64,000 nucleotides of DNA from Candidatus Yanofskybacteria bacterium (GCA_003514055.1 DOSG01000002.1:13985-77984), one strand, 5' to 3'. Positions 1 through 10,539 are shown, counted from the first letter of the stretch. Numbers and translations: made by a program. The notes: generated by a model from the letters alone, not told the origin.

Positions 1-1
1 C

Positions 2-373
2 TATCATGAAGTTGACTCTTCCGAAATGGCTTTCAAAATTGCTGGATCCATGGCTTTGCAGGAAGCGTCTAAGAGAGCTAAGCCCGTGATATTAGAGCCA
101 ATTATGAAAGTTGAGATTATTACCCCAGAGGAGTCTCTTGGAGAAACTACCGGAGACTTATCTTCAAGGCGCGGCCAAATATTGGGAATAGCCGATAGGA
201 GCCCTTTGAATTTAAAAGTTATTGACTCCAGGGTTCCACTCTCTGAAATGTTTGGTTATGCCACGTCTTTAAGATCGTTGACTCAGGGCAGGGGAACATT
301 TAATATGGAGTTCGAAAGCTATGAAGTTGTTCCCAATAATATAGCTGCCCAGATTATTGATGGTAAGAAATAA
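2..373 (+). CDS. fusA: elongation factor G, C-terminal part (truncated by window edge)
   Basis: [45 protein letters not shown] motifs of EF-G domains IV-V. Confidence 0.98.
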   Translation, partial: YHEVDSSEMAFKIAGSMALQEASKRAKPVILEPIMKVEIITPEESLGETTGDLSSRRGQILGIADRSPLNLKVIDSRVPLSEMFGYATSLRSLTQGRGTFNMEFESYEVVPNNIAAQIIDGKK

Positions 374-390
374 TTTTAACCGTAGAGCAT

Positions 391-723
391 ATGAAGATTG
401 ATGAATTAAAGAAATTGATGAATAAATCCACGGCTGTTCTAGTCATGGAGAATGGAGATCCGTCTTACGTCGTCTTGAATTATGATACCTATAAGGATTT
501 AGTATTAACCAAGGAAGATGAAAAAAGCGTTAAGATAAATCAGAATTTGCCTCCGCAGGAATCGTTAAAAGAGCCGGTTTTTAGAGGCGTAGACGAGATA
601 ATTGCTGCATCTAAGATGACTTTCGGGGAGAATGAGCTGGAAATACTTGAGAGAATTAACAAAGATATCCAGGTTCTAAGAGAGGAAATACAGAAAGAAG
701 AGAAATTGTTAACTATTGACTAA
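391..723 (+). CDS. hypothetical protein, N-terminus resembles Phd/YefM antitoxin fold
   Basis: 110 aa ORF; AVLVMENGDPSYVVLNYDTYKDL resembles the Phd/YefM 'v.it.nGkp.aVl.s.e.y..l' pattern; coiled-coil-like C-terminus. Confidence 0.55.
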   Translation: MKIDELKKLMNKSTAVLVMENGDPSYVVLNYDTYKDLVLTKEDEKSVKINQNLPPQESLKEPVFRGVDEIIAASKMTFGENELEILERINKDIQVLREEIQKEEKLLTID

Positions 724-744
724 TATTTTTATCTCGGTTAAAAT
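716..744 (+). promoter_or_regulatory. sigma70-type promoter upstream of tuf
   Basis: TTGACT-17 nt-TAAAAT. Confidence 0.55.
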
Positions 745-844
745 AAACATTGCTAATTTATTAATCTAATCATCTGCTTCTGGACTATGACTTCTAGGCT
801 TCCCAATTCAGCCTATAAGCTATAAGCCAAGAGCCAAAACAAGA

Positions 845-2047
845 ATGGCAGGGAAATTCGAAAGATCAAAGCCACACTTAAATGTTGGCACAATCGGTCA
901 CGTTGACCACGGCAAGACGACATTAACGGCGTCTATTTTGCATGCTCTAAACCTCATGAAAGATGAGGGATATAGCGCTCGAGTCGAGGACGTAAGTCAG
1001 ATCGACAACTCACCAGAAGAGAGAGCCAGGGGTATTACGATCGCTACTCACCACTCTGAATACGAGACTCCAAAAAGACATTATGCTCACGTTGATTGCC
1101 CAGGGCACGCCGATTACATTAAGAACATGATCACTGGTGCCGCTCAGATGGATGGTGCAATTTTAGTTGTGGCCGCTACTGATGGACCAATGCCTCAGAC
1201 TAGAGAACACATTCTTTTGGCCTACCAGGTTGGCGTTCCTTCCGTAGTAGTCTTCATGAACAAGTGTGATCAAGTTGATGATCCGGAAATGTTAGATTTA
1301 GTCGAAGCTGAGATAAGAGAACTGTTAAATAAATATCAGTTCCCTGGCGATACTACCCCGATCATAAGAGGTTCAGCTCTAAAAGCATTAGAGGCGAAAT
1401 CGAAGGACGATGCGACTATCAAGCCGATAATCGAATTGGTAAATGCCCTCGATTCCTTTATCCCTGAGCCAAAAAGAGATGTTGAGAAGCCATTCCTTAT
1501 GCCAATCGAAGACATCTTTTCTATCGAAGGCCGAGGAACAGTTGTCACTGGTAGAATTGAAAGAGGAGTCCTTAATCTTAACGATGAAGTGGAGATAGTG
1601 GGTATTAAGCCAACCGCCAAGACAGTTGTAACGGGTATTGAGATGTTCAACAAGCAGCTAGATCGAGGTGAGGCTGGTGATAATGCCGGAATTCTATTAA
1701 GAGGAACTAAGAAAGAAGATGTCGAAAGAGGACAGATCTTGGCCAAACCTGGATCAATCACTCCGCATATTGAATTTGAAGCTCAGGTTTACATCTTAAC
1801 CAAGGAAGAGGGAGGTAGACATACCCCATTTTTCAAGGGTTACAAGCCTCAGTTTTACTTTAGAACAACTGATGTTACCGGAGAGGTATTCTTGCCAGAG
1901 GGAAGCGAAATGATTATGCCTGGCGATACCGCCAATGTAAAAGTTAAACTTATTGCTCCGATTGCCATGGAAGAAAAACTCAAGTTTGCCATTAGAGAAG
2001 GCGGTAAAACTGTGGGTGCCGGATCAGTAACTAAGATTATAGCCTAA
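845..2047 (+). CDS. tuf: elongation factor Tu
   Basis: [34 protein letters not shown] motifs. Confidence 0.99.
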   Translation: MAGKFERSKPHLNVGTIGHVDHGKTTLTASILHALNLMKDEGYSARVEDVSQIDNSPEERARGITIATHHSEYETPKRHYAHVDCPGHADYIKNMITGAAQMDGAILVVAATDGPMPQTREHILLAYQVGVPSVVVFMNKCDQVDDPEMLDLVEAEIRELLNKYQFPGDTTPIIRGSALKALEAKSKDDATIKPIIELVNALDSFIPEPKRDVEKPFLMPIEDIFSIEGRGTVVTGRIERGVLNLNDEVEIVGIKPTAKTVVTGIEMFNKQLDRGEAGDNAGILLRGTKKEDVERGQILAKPGSITPHIEFEAQVYILTKEEGGRHTPFFKGYKPQFYFRTTDVTGEVFLPEGSEMIMPGDTANVKVKLIAPIAMEEKLKFAIREGGKTVGAGSVTKIIA

Positions 2048-2054
2048 AGCAATT

Positions 2055-2100
2055 CCGTCCTCTGCGCTCTGGCCCTTCTGGGGCTAGGCGCAGAGGACGG
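2055..2100 (+). other. GC-rich hairpin between tuf and rpsJ
   Basis: CCGTCCTCTGCGC...GCGCAGAGGACGG inverted repeat, no clear U-tract. Confidence 0.6.
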
Positions 2101-2130
2101 ATCGCTCTTTATAAAGACACACACATCACA

Positions 2131-2454
2131 ATGGCAAAGAAAACAGAAACAAGTCAGAGAATAAGGATCAAGTTGAAGGCTTACGATAATAAGATTATCG
2201 ACAAGTCGGCTCAACAAATAATCGAAACCATCGAAAGATATGGTGGTAAGCCCATTGGTCCCGTGCCATTGCCAACAGAGATTCACAAATACACCGTGAA
2301 TCGCTCGACCTTCATTGATAAGAATTCCAGAGAGCAATTCGAGATGAGAATTCACAAGAGGATTATTGACATCAATACTCCGACTCCAAAAATTATCGAC
2401 GCGCTGATGAATCTAAACCTGCCGTCTGGAGTCGACATCGAAGTCAAGATGTAA
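2131..2454 (+). CDS. rpsJ: 30S ribosomal protein S10
   Basis: [29 protein letters not shown]. Confidence 0.99.
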   Translation: MAKKTETSQRIRIKLKAYDNKIIDKSAQQIIETIERYGGKPIGPVPLPTEIHKYTVNRSTFIDKNSREQFEMRIHKRIIDINTPTPKIIDALMNLNLPSGVDIEVKM

Positions 2455-2730
2455 GCGTGACTAGCTAATACTTATTACTTTACTTTCGGCGTATGATGAG
2501 GTATCATATTCCGGAGACTAAGGTCATAATAAAAATCGGTAGAATTTATCCGGCCAACCCTGAGATTACCGAAGGGTCCGGTTTTCTAAAAATGCACCGA
2601 TTCCAGTTATAATCTTAATTATTCCGCGGGCAAAAAGATAAGTATCATATTTTCTTTTTGTTAGACAACATTCGCAAGAATAGGGTCTGTTTCCGCCGGA
2701 AGACGGATTTTTATTTTATTAGCCTAGATC

Positions 2731-3345
2731 ATGAAATTCATAATTGGAAAAAAACTAGGTATGTCCCAATTTTTTAGAGAAGATGGGGCAGTAGTACCCA
2801 TGACTGTCGTGGAGGTCACGCCGAATGTTGTGGTACAGGTAAAGACCGTCGAGAATGATGGCTACGAAGCTGTACAGCTTGGCTTCGGATCAAAAAAGAA
2901 CAATACCAAGGCTTTGAAGAAGCACTTTAAAGATTTGGGGTCTTTTGCTTTGTTGAAGGAATTTAAGGGCTCAAAATTTGCTGATAAAGATTTAGCCGTC
3001 GGTGATAAAATAGACGCGTCATTATTCGAGATTGGTGACAAGGTTAAGGTTACCGGATTAGCCAAGGGCAAAGGTTTCGCCGGTGCCGTTAAGAGACACG
3101 GTTTCCACGGTATGCCCGCTAGTCATGGCCACAGATCAGTTCAGAGACACGTCGGTTCTATCGGGCAGAGATTTCCTCAGCACACGCTTAAAGGTTTAAG
3201 GATGGCCGGAAGAATGGGTGGCGGCAAATCAACTGCCAGAGGTCTTCAGATTGTTCATATCGATCAAGAGAATAATCTTATTTGTATAAAAGGCGCGTTA
3301 CCGGGCAATATCGGTGGCGTGTTAGAAATAATTTCGAGTAAATAA
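2731..3345 (+). CDS. rplC: 50S ribosomal protein L3
   Basis: GKKLGMSQ, DGYEAVQLG, KGKGFAGAVKRHGF, MAGRMG. Confidence 0.99.
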   Translation: MKFIIGKKLGMSQFFREDGAVVPMTVVEVTPNVVVQVKTVENDGYEAVQLGFGSKKNNTKALKKHFKDLGSFALLKEFKGSKFADKDLAVGDKIDASLFEIGDKVKVTGLAKGKGFAGAVKRHGFHGMPASHGHRSVQRHVGSIGQRFPQHTLKGLRMAGRMGGGKSTARGLQIVHIDQENNLICIKGALPGNIGGVLEIISSK

Positions 3346-3346
3346 A

Positions 3347-3991
3347 ATGGAAGCAGTATTATATAACCAAAAAGGAGATAACATCGGTACGGTAGACCTT
3401 CCAAAGGAGTTTTTTGGTGTAGCCATGAGCGAGGATCTATTGCATCAAGTTGTTGTTTCCCAGATGGCTAACCAGAGACAAGTTATTGCTCATGCCAAGG
3501 GCCGAGACGAGGTCAGAGGTGGAGGCAAAAAACCATGGAAGCAGAAAGGCACTGGTCGTGCCAGGCATGGATCAATTAGATCTCCAATTTGGAAGGGCGG
3601 CGGCGCTACTCATGGCCCAAGAAAAGAGAAGGACTACTCAAAGAAGATCAACGCAAAGATGGCCCAGAAAGCTTTTAGAGTTGCCCTATCGGCCAAGTTG
3701 AGGGATGGTCAGATATTCATAGTTGACGAGCTTAAGCTGGAAGTACCAAAGACCAGAGAAGTTACGGCGATATTGAAGAATATGTCGAAAAATTTCGAGA
3801 ATGCTAGGCTTGGGAGCACGTTGATGGTATCAGGAACCAACAGGAGAGACTTAGTTATTGCTTCTGGGAATTTGAAGAATGTTGACACGATAGAGTCTAG
3901 GAATTTAAATGCCCTGAAAGTTCTTACTTTTAAGAACATAATTATGACCAAGGATTCTATTGAAAAAATGGTCAAGTCCACCGTTAAATAA
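3347..3991 (+). CDS. rplD: 50S ribosomal protein L4
   Basis: EVRGGGKKPWKQKGTGRARHGSIRSP. Confidence 0.99.
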   Translation: MEAVLYNQKGDNIGTVDLPKEFFGVAMSEDLLHQVVVSQMANQRQVIAHAKGRDEVRGGGKKPWKQKGTGRARHGSIRSPIWKGGGATHGPRKEKDYSKKINAKMAQKAFRVALSAKLRDGQIFIVDELKLEVPKTREVTAILKNMSKNFENARLGSTLMVSGTNRRDLVIASGNLKNVDTIESRNLNALKVLTFKNIIMTKDSIEKMVKSTVK

Positions 3992-3993
3992 AT

Positions 3994-4419
3994 ATGAAGT
4001 TAAATATTTTTAAAAACGACGAAGATAAGAGCAAGAAGAATTCAAAAAAAGTTGAGGCCACTTTAGATTCGCAGGAAGGTTCGAAAGAGGCAATTAAAGA
4101 GGATGCGGTCTCTAGCTCGATTAAATTAAATTATCTACCTGGAGCCTATAGAGTATTGAAGAGTTTCTATATAAGTGAAAAGGCTACTAACCTTGTGACG
4201 ATGAACCAGTATGTGTTCGTAGTCGGAGACAAGACTAATAAGGTAGAAGTCAAAAAGAATATTGAGAAATTATTTGATGTTAAAGTTAAAGACGTAAGGA
4301 TAATAAATATGCCTAGTAAGATTAGGAATGTCGGCAGACATTCTGGCATTAAATCTGGGTTCAAAAAGGCCATTGTAGTTTTGAAAGATGGCTACTCAAT
4401 AGACCAAGCCAAAGCATAA
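3994..4419 (+). CDS. rplW: 50S ribosomal protein L23 with N-terminal extension
   Basis: SEKA...NQYVF.V...NKVEVKK, KKAIVVL; position in S10 operon. Confidence 0.95.
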   Translation: MKLNIFKNDEDKSKKNSKKVEATLDSQEGSKEAIKEDAVSSSIKLNYLPGAYRVLKSFYISEKATNLVTMNQYVFVVGDKTNKVEVKKNIEKLFDVKVKDVRIINMPSKIRNVGRHSGIKSGFKKAIVVLKDGYSIDQAKA

Positions 4420-4423
4420 AAAC

Positions 4424-5248
4424 ATGAAAAGTTATAATCCTACAACACCATCAAGAAGACATGCCACGGGATATAGTTTTGACAATCTAACCAAGGTTGC
4501 TCCTTTGAAGTCTTTAAAGGGTGGGATTGTGAAATCTACCGGCAGGAATAACCAGGGTATTATAACCAGCTATCATCGCGGCGGCGGCGTTAAGAGACTT
4601 TATAGATTCGTTGATTTTAAACAAAAAAAGTTTGATATACCTGGCAAGATTTTTTCAATAGAATATGATCCGAATAGAACAGCTAGGATCGCCAGAGTTC
4701 ATTTTGCCGATGGCGAAAAGATGTATATCCTTGCTCCGGAGGGAATGAAGGCCGGTGATCCGATTATATTTTCGGAAAAGGCACCATTGAAGTTGGGCAA
4801 TAGAATGAAATTGAAAAATATTCCTCAGGGAATGATGGTCTATAATGTTGAATTATTCCCTGGTCAGGGCGGGAAGATCGTCAGATCTGCTGGAGGCGGA
4901 GCTACGGTTTTAGCCAGCGATGCGGGGCATGTCCACTTAGTGATGCCTTCATCTGAGGTTAGGATGGTTTCTGAAGAATGTTATGCTTCTGTCGGTCAGG
5001 TCTCGAACCAAGAGCATAGCTCAATAGTCCTCGGTAAGGCCGGCCGATCAAGGTGGCTGAACAAGAGACCCAAGGTTAGAGGAACAGCCATGAATCCGGT
5101 TGACCATCCGTATGGCGGAGGAGAGGGGAGACAGGGTAGAGGAACAAGACGACCTAAGACCAGACAAGGTAAGATTACTGGAGGCAGGAAGACTAGGAAT
5201 AAGAAGAAAAAGTCGGGCAAGTTCATAGTTAGAAGAAGGCACAAATAA
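4424..5248 (+). CDS. rplB: 50S ribosomal protein L2
   Basis: EYDPNRTARIA, VRGTAMNPVDHPYGGGEG. Confidence 0.99.
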   Translation: MKSYNPTTPSRRHATGYSFDNLTKVAPLKSLKGGIVKSTGRNNQGIITSYHRGGGVKRLYRFVDFKQKKFDIPGKIFSIEYDPNRTARIARVHFADGEKMYILAPEGMKAGDPIIFSEKAPLKLGNRMKLKNIPQGMMVYNVELFPGQGGKIVRSAGGGATVLASDAGHVHLVMPSSEVRMVSEECYASVGQVSNQEHSSIVLGKAGRSRWLNKRPKVRGTAMNPVDHPYGGGEGRQGRGTRRPKTRQGKITGGRKTRNKKKKSGKFIVRRRHK

Positions 5249-5267
5249 TTATCATTAATCTAGAATC

Positions 5268-5618
5268 ATGTCGCGATCACTAAAAAAAGGACCATACGTT
5301 GACCAAAAATTGCTGAAGAAAATCAGTAATTTAAAAGCGGGCGACAAGACCGTTGTTAAGACGTGGGCTAGAGCTTGTACGATCGTTCCTGAGATGATAG
5401 GCTACACCTTCGGCGTACATAATGGACGAATTCATATCCCTGTTTTGATTACAGAAGACATGGTTGGCCACAAGCTTGGTGAGTTTTCTTTGACTAAGAA
5501 GTTCTCAAGACATGGTGGCAAGATGCAGAGAGAAATAGAAGCCGCAGCAAAGCAGAAAGAGTTAGATGCAGCCAAGGCCGCAAAAGCGGCTCCGACTGCA
5601 GAAGCAGTGAAAAAATAA
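5268..5618 (+). CDS. rpsS: 30S ribosomal protein S19 with Ala/Lys C-terminal tail
   Basis: [22 protein letters not shown]. Confidence 0.99.
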   Translation: MSRSLKKGPYVDQKLLKKISNLKAGDKTVVKTWARACTIVPEMIGYTFGVHNGRIHIPVLITEDMVGHKLGEFSLTKKFSRHGGKMQREIEAAAKQKELDAAKAAKAAPTAEAVKK

Positions 5619-5627
5619 TAAAATAAT

Positions 5628-6143
5628 ATGGCAGAAGTAAAAGCAAAATTAAATGGATTGCGTATGGCCCCAAGAAAAGTTAGGGCTATTACCCAATTGC
5701 TGAGAGGCAAGGATGCTTTGTTTGCCATAAATCAATTGGAATTTTTAATCAGAAAGCCAGCCAATCCAGTTAAGAAGTTACTCGAGTCTGCGATTGCTAG
5801 CGCTGAGAACGATTTTCAATTGGTTAAGGAGAACCTATTTATTAAAGAGTTCAGAGTTGACGAGGGAGTGAAGCTTAGAAGATTCAAGCCTAAAGGTTTT
5901 GGTCGCGCAGCCCTTATTCAAAAGAAGACCAGTCATGTAGTGTTGGTTCTCTCAGAAAGAGTCGCCGGTCTTAAGTCTGTGAATGTGGCCAAGGATGATG
6001 AGTCGAAAAAGGCTAAAGTTTCTAAGGTCAAAGAAGATAAGGCGTCCTCCAAGCTTGAAGATAAAAAGCCAAGCATAAAGAAAGAAATCGGGGCTAAGAA
6101 AGATGGCTTCGTTAAAAAGATATTCCAGAGGAAGGCAGTTTAA
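5628..6143 (+). CDS. rplV: 50S ribosomal protein L22 with Lys-rich C-terminal extension
   Basis: APRKVR, KLLESAIASAEN, VDEG, KKTSHV. Confidence 0.97.
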   Translation: MAEVKAKLNGLRMAPRKVRAITQLLRGKDALFAINQLEFLIRKPANPVKKLLESAIASAENDFQLVKENLFIKEFRVDEGVKLRRFKPKGFGRAALIQKKTSHVVLVLSERVAGLKSVNVAKDDESKKAKVSKVKEDKASSKLEDKKPSIKKEIGAKKDGFVKKIFQRKAV

Positions 6144-6166
6144 TATTATAAATCCAAATAAATAAT

Positions 6167-6805
6167 ATGGGTCATAAGATTTCACCAACATCATTCAGGA
6201 TAGGAATACAAAAAGACTGGCTGTCTCGCTGGTTTGGCCAACGAAAATATATATCACTCTTGAAGGACGATGTTGCTGTTAGAGCTTTTCTTGAGAAGAA
6301 GATGAAGAATATGTCCGTCGATCGCGTCGAAATAGAGCGCGGTACAGATTTACTGAACATAATTATCTTTAGCTCGAGGCCGGGATTATTGATTGGTAGA
6401 GGAGGAACTGGGATAGATGAGCTTAAGACTGCGATACGCAAGGTTTTAAAAAAGAAGGTTGGCGTTAGGATCGAGATTCAGGAGATAAAGAATCCTGAGT
6501 CTTCAGCTGCGATTATGGCCGAATCCATTGCGGATCAGATTGAGAAAAGATTACCATTCAGAAGAATAATGAAGCAAACTTTAGCTAAGATAATCGCCAG
6601 TAAGCAGGCTAAAGGTGCCAAAATTCAGTTAAGTGGAAGATTGGATGGCGCCGAGATTGCTAGAACAGAGCACTTAGAGGAGGGCAATCTGCCGTTACAA
6701 ACTTTGAGAGCCGACATAGATTACGCAAAATATACAGCCAGAACGACATACGGAGCGATTGGTATCAAGGTTTGGATATTTAAAGGCTTAACTTTCGACA
6801 AATAA
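6167..6805 (+). CDS. rpsC: 30S ribosomal protein S3
   Basis: MGHKISPTSFRIG, GRLDGAEIARTE, PLQTLRADIDY. Confidence 0.99.
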   Translation: MGHKISPTSFRIGIQKDWLSRWFGQRKYISLLKDDVAVRAFLEKKMKNMSVDRVEIERGTDLLNIIIFSSRPGLLIGRGGTGIDELKTAIRKVLKKKVGVRIEIQEIKNPESSAAIMAESIADQIEKRLPFRRIMKQTLAKIIASKQAKGAKIQLSGRLDGAEIARTEHLEEGNLPLQTLRADIDYAKYTARTTYGAIGIKVWIFKGLTFDK

Positions 6806-6809
6806 TACC

Positions 6810-7214
6810 ATGTTTCAACCAAGCAAAGTAAAACATTCCAAAGTTCACAAAGGTAAAAATCGTTTAGTTGCCGCAAGAGGAACGGTTCTTAGCTTTGGTA
6901 GTTTTGGGCTCAAAGCCGAAGAGGCTCAGTGGGTGAAGGCGAATCAGCTTGAGTCAGCGAGAAGGGTAATCGCTAGATATTTGCAAAGAGGCGGTAAAAT
7001 TTGGGTCAGAGTTTTTCCATCAAAGCCGAGAACAGCTCGAAGTCCAGAGTTGGGTATGGGTGGAGGACGAGGCGCTTTGGATCATTTCGTGGCAGTTGTT
7101 GAAGCCGGTAGAGTCATCTTTGAAATAGATGGCATAGGCGAAGTACAGGCTCGCGAGGCTTTGAAATTAGCAGCCCACAAGTTACCACTGAAAACTAGAA
7201 TAATTTCAAGATAA
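6810..7214 (+). CDS. rplP: 50S ribosomal protein L16
   Basis: GKIWVRVFP, MGGGRG, AAHKLPLK. Confidence 0.98.
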   Translation: MFQPSKVKHSKVHKGKNRLVAARGTVLSFGSFGLKAEEAQWVKANQLESARRVIARYLQRGGKIWVRVFPSKPRTARSPELGMGGGRGALDHFVAVVEAGRVIFEIDGIGEVQAREALKLAAHKLPLKTRIISR

Positions 7215-7215
7215 T

Positions 7216-7404
7216 ATGGCTAAGAATATATATAAAGCAATGGAGATAAAAGAGCTAACCACTAATTTGGATAATTTAAAGGCGCAGCTAATGCAATTAA
7301 GTTTCGATCTTGCCGATAAGAAGTTAAAAGATACATCTAAGATTAGTAAGACCAAGAAGGGGATAGCTAAAATTTTGACCGAGCTAAAAATCAAGTCGAA
7401 ATAA
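7216..7404 (+). CDS. rpmC: 50S ribosomal protein L29
   Basis: 62 aa helical protein ending IAKILTEL, between rplP and rpsQ. Confidence 0.9.
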   Translation: MAKNIYKAMEIKELTTNLDNLKAQLMQLSFDLADKKLKDTSKISKTKKGIAKILTELKIKSK

Positions 7405-7411
7405 CATAAAG

Positions 7412-7684
7412 ATGACTACCTTAGAAACAAAAAATAGAATATTAAAGGGCGTGGTCGTTTCTGACAAGATGGATAAAACCGTTGTGATTGAGATACTAAG
7501 ATTGAAAAAACATCCGAAGTATAAAAAGTTTTATAAAGTAAGTAAGAGATTTAAGGCTCATGATGAAGAGAATAAATATCATGTTGGGGATAACGTTTTA
7601 ATTAAAGAGACTAAACCGATTTCGAAAGACAAGAAGTGGATTGTGGTAGATAAGATCGCTGCCGGCAAGGAGAAGCAATCGTAA
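7412..7684 (+). CDS. rpsQ: 30S ribosomal protein S17
   Basis: [34 protein letters not shown]. Confidence 0.99.
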   Translation: MTTLETKNRILKGVVVSDKMDKTVVIEILRLKKHPKYKKFYKVSKRFKAHDEENKYHVGDNVLIKETKPISKDKKWIVVDKIAAGKEKQS

Positions 7685-7706
7685 TATTAATTTAGAATAA
7701 AAATAT

Positions 7707-8072
7707 ATGTTGCAATTAAGATCAATAGTTGATGTAGCAGATAACTCTGGAGCTAAGAAGGTCGGCGTATTTAAGGTACTCGGAGGATCAAAGAAAAGAT
7801 ATGCTCAGTTAGGCGATATAGTTGTAGTCTCAGTTAAGGTTGCTGAACCAAGGAAAGCAGTCAAGAAGAAAGATATCTTAAAGGCAGTCGTCGTCAGACA
7901 AAGAAAACCATTCAGAAGAAAAGACGGCAGTTATATCAAGTTTGATGACAACGCCGTGGTTATATTAGAAGGAAAGGAACCGAAAGGCGGCAGAATATTC
8001 GGTCCAATACCGAGAGAGATAAAAGAAAAGGGTTTTGGTACTATAGCATCCTTAGCGCAAGAGGTAGTTTAA
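7707..8072 (+). CDS. rplN: 50S ribosomal protein L14
   Basis: [26 protein letters not shown]. Confidence 0.99.
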   Translation: MLQLRSIVDVADNSGAKKVGVFKVLGGSKKRYAQLGDIVVVSVKVAEPRKAVKKKDILKAVVVRQRKPFRRKDGSYIKFDDNAVVILEGKEPKGGRIFGPIPREIKEKGFGTIASLAQEVV

Positions 8073-8082
8073 AGATAAATTT

Positions 8083-8388
8083 ATGAAAATAAAGAAAGGC
8101 GACAACGTAATAATGCTATCTGGCAAAGACAAGGGTAAGAAAGGGAAAATCCTATCGGTTTTTTCGGATACCAATAGGGCGATAGTCGAAGGTTTGAATC
8201 TAGTCAAGAAGTCGGTTAGAGCCAGACAGCAAGGCCAGAAGGGGCAGATAATACATAAAGAAAGATCTGCTAGCGTATCTAGTATGGCCTTGATCTGTAA
8301 GTCTTGCGGGAAGCCGACTAGAATTGGTTATAGAATTGAGGCTGGAAGCAAGGCTAGAATCTGTAAAAAATGTGGAGGTGAGGTATAG
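8083..8388 (+). CDS. rplX: 50S ribosomal protein L24
   Basis: IKKGDNV..LSGKDKGKKG KOW motif; CxxC...CxxC. Confidence 0.98.
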   Translation: MKIKKGDNVIMLSGKDKGKKGKILSVFSDTNRAIVEGLNLVKKSVRARQQGQKGQIIHKERSASVSSMALICKSCGKPTRIGYRIEAGSKARICKKCGGEV

Positions 8389-8441
8389 GCTTCCCAAATT
8401 TAGAAAAATCTGTATAATATAACGAGTCAATAAATATTCAT

Positions 8442-8981
8442 ATGTCGTCACGATTAATAGAAAAATATAGGAAAGAAGTGGCCCCTGCATTGCAGAAGGA
8501 GTTTAAGGTTGCCAATGTTATGGGTATACCAAAGATGGAGAAGATCGTGATCAATACGGGTATCGGAAAGTTATTAAAGGACGACAAGGCAGTCGATAAG
8601 GTAGAGAGAGATCTAGCCCTGATTTCCGGGCAGAAGCCGATTCGAAGGAAAGCCAAGAAGTCTATCGCTGGTTTCAAAATAAGAGAAGGCATGGATATAG
8701 GCTTGTCGGTCACTCTTAGGGGCAAGAGAATGTACGATTTCGCTGATCGCTTGATCTCCATAGCTTTGCCAAGATCTAAAGATTTCAGAGGAATAGATCA
8801 GAAGAATTTTGATAAAATGGGTAATTTGAATTTAGGGATCAAAGAACAAAGTATATTTTCGGAAATTACCTACGAGACTTTGAAAGATATATTTAGTATC
8901 CAGGTTACAGTTGTTACGACTGCAAAGAATCGAGACATGGGTATAAAATTGTTAAAACTTATGGGTTTTCCAATAAAATAA
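8442..8981 (+). CDS. rplE: 50S ribosomal protein L5
   Basis: KIVINTGIG, AKKSIAGFKIREG, VTLRG, LPRSKDFRG. Confidence 0.99.
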   Translation: MSSRLIEKYRKEVAPALQKEFKVANVMGIPKMEKIVINTGIGKLLKDDKAVDKVERDLALISGQKPIRRKAKKSIAGFKIREGMDIGLSVTLRGKRMYDFADRLISIALPRSKDFRGIDQKNFDKMGNLNLGIKEQSIFSEITYETLKDIFSIQVTVVTTAKNRDMGIKLLKLMGFPIK

Positions 8982-8982
8982 A

Positions 8983-9168
8983 ATGCCAAAAAAATCGACA
9001 ATAGCCAGATCCAATAAGAAGCCGAAATATTCTACCAGAATTGTGAGAAGGTGTTTTATCTGCGGAAGGAAGCCTGGCTATATTGGTAAAGTTGGTCTAT
9101 GCAGAATTCACTTCAGAGAATTGGCTAGCGCTGGACTTCTGCCTGGCGTAAAGAAATCGAGTTGGTAA
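8983..9168 (+). CDS. rpsN: 30S ribosomal protein S14 (short Zn-type)
   Basis: RCFICGR...LCRIHFRELA...LPGVKKSSW. Confidence 0.98.
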   Translation: MPKKSTIARSNKKPKYSTRIVRRCFICGRKPGYIGKVGLCRIHFRELASAGLLPGVKKSSW

Positions 9169-9191
9169 TTATTGTTAATTAATTATATAAA

Positions 9192-9593
9192 ATGACAGAC
9201 CCAATTTCAGACATGTTAATAGTGATAAAGAATGCCCAAGCCGTTAAGAAAGAACAGGTGGTTATTCCGTTCTCGAGAATGAAATTAGCGATTGCCAAGG
9301 TGTTGAAAGACTCCGAATTTATTACCGACTACGAGAAGAAGGCCAAGAAGATTAAAAACAGCGAGCATGATTTTTTATATATAACCTTAAAGTATGAGGA
9401 TAACCACGGAGCCATAAGCGACATTAAGCTAGTGAGTAAGCCATCTAGAAGAATGTATCTGGGCGCTAAGGAGATAAGGCCTGTTAGATCTGGGTATGGC
9501 ATTGGTATATTATCTACTTCAAAGGGTGTCATGAGCTCTATCGAGGCCAGGAAGAGCGGCCTTGGCGGAGAGATAATCTGTGAGATATGGTAA
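9192..9593 (+). CDS. rpsH: 30S ribosomal protein S8
   Basis: MTDPISDML, SKPSRRMY, STSKGVM, GGEIICEIW. Confidence 0.99.
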   Translation: MTDPISDMLIVIKNAQAVKKEQVVIPFSRMKLAIAKVLKDSEFITDYEKKAKKIKNSEHDFLYITLKYEDNHGAISDIKLVSKPSRRMYLGAKEIRPVRSGYGIGILSTSKGVMSSIEARKSGLGGEIICEIW

Positions 9594-9616
9594 TTGGGAA
9601 TTAGCTAAATAATAAA

Positions 9617-10171
9617 ATGTCTAAAATAGGAAAGAGAACAATTAATATCCCCGCCGGAGTTGATATAAGAATCAACGATGGTTTCATGTACGTGAAGGGC
9701 CCAAAGGGAGAATTGAGTAGGCCCGTTTCTGGCTATTTGAATTTTGACATAGACAAGAACGAGCTAAAAATATATCCTCAAAAACTAAGCAAGAAGTTGC
9801 AGGGCAAGGTAATGGCTCTTTGGGGACTATCTTGGGCTTTAACTCAGAATATGATTAAGGGTGTGACTGATGGATTTGAGAAGGGGTTAGAATTTCAAGG
9901 TGTCGGATACAAGGCCGCGGTTAAGGGGGACAATCTAGAGCTGGAACTTGGCTATTCGCATTCGATTACGATAGTTGCGCCTAAAGGCATAGCATTTAAA
10001 GTTGAGAAGAATTCTATTAAGGTTAGCGGTATCGATAACGAATTGATAGGCAAAGTTGCCGCCGAGATAAGATCAAAGAGGAAGCCCGAACCATTCCAGG
10101 GGAGTGGCATTAGATATTCGGACGAAGTAATTAAAAAGAAAGCTGGCAAAAAGGCAGCTTCAACAGCCTAA
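9617..10171 (+). CDS. rplF: 50S ribosomal protein L6
   Basis: MSKIGK, KGPKGEL, GVGYKA, LGYSH, RKPEPFQGSGIRY. Confidence 0.99.
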   Translation: MSKIGKRTINIPAGVDIRINDGFMYVKGPKGELSRPVSGYLNFDIDKNELKIYPQKLSKKLQGKVMALWGLSWALTQNMIKGVTDGFEKGLEFQGVGYKAAVKGDNLELELGYSHSITIVAPKGIAFKVEKNSIKVSGIDNELIGKVAAEIRSKRKPEPFQGSGIRYSDEVIKKKAGKKAASTA

Positions 10172-10183
10172 GATTAAACTACA

Positions 10184-10534
10184 ATGGAAAGAACAAAAAC
10201 AGAAAAAAGAATTAGTAGGCACGCCAAGGTTAGGGCGAAAATATCCGGCACAGCAGAAAGGCCTAGGATTTCTGTTTTCAGGAGCAATCGCGGCTTGGTT
10301 GTCCAATTTATTGATGACGTCGCCAATAAAACGATATTAAGCGCAAAGACTCAAGAAGTAAAAAAGATAAAAGGTTCCAAATCTGAGAAATCTGAGAAAA
10401 TTGGAGAAGCCTTAGCCAAGAAAGCCGTGGCAGCTGGTATTAAGGAGGCGGTTTTCGATCGTGGTGGATTTCAATTTCATGGACGAGTTAAGGCTTTAGC
10501 TGAAAGCTTAAGGAAGGGTGGAATTAAATTTTAA
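10184..10534 (+). CDS. rplR: 50S ribosomal protein L18
   Basis: GTAERPRISVFRSN, VFDRGGFQFHGRVKALA. Confidence 0.99.
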   Translation: MERTKTEKRISRHAKVRAKISGTAERPRISVFRSNRGLVVQFIDDVANKTILSAKTQEVKKIKGSKSEKSEKIGEALAKKAVAAGIKEAVFDRGGFQFHGRVKALAESLRKGGIKF

Positions 10535-10539
10535 TAAAT

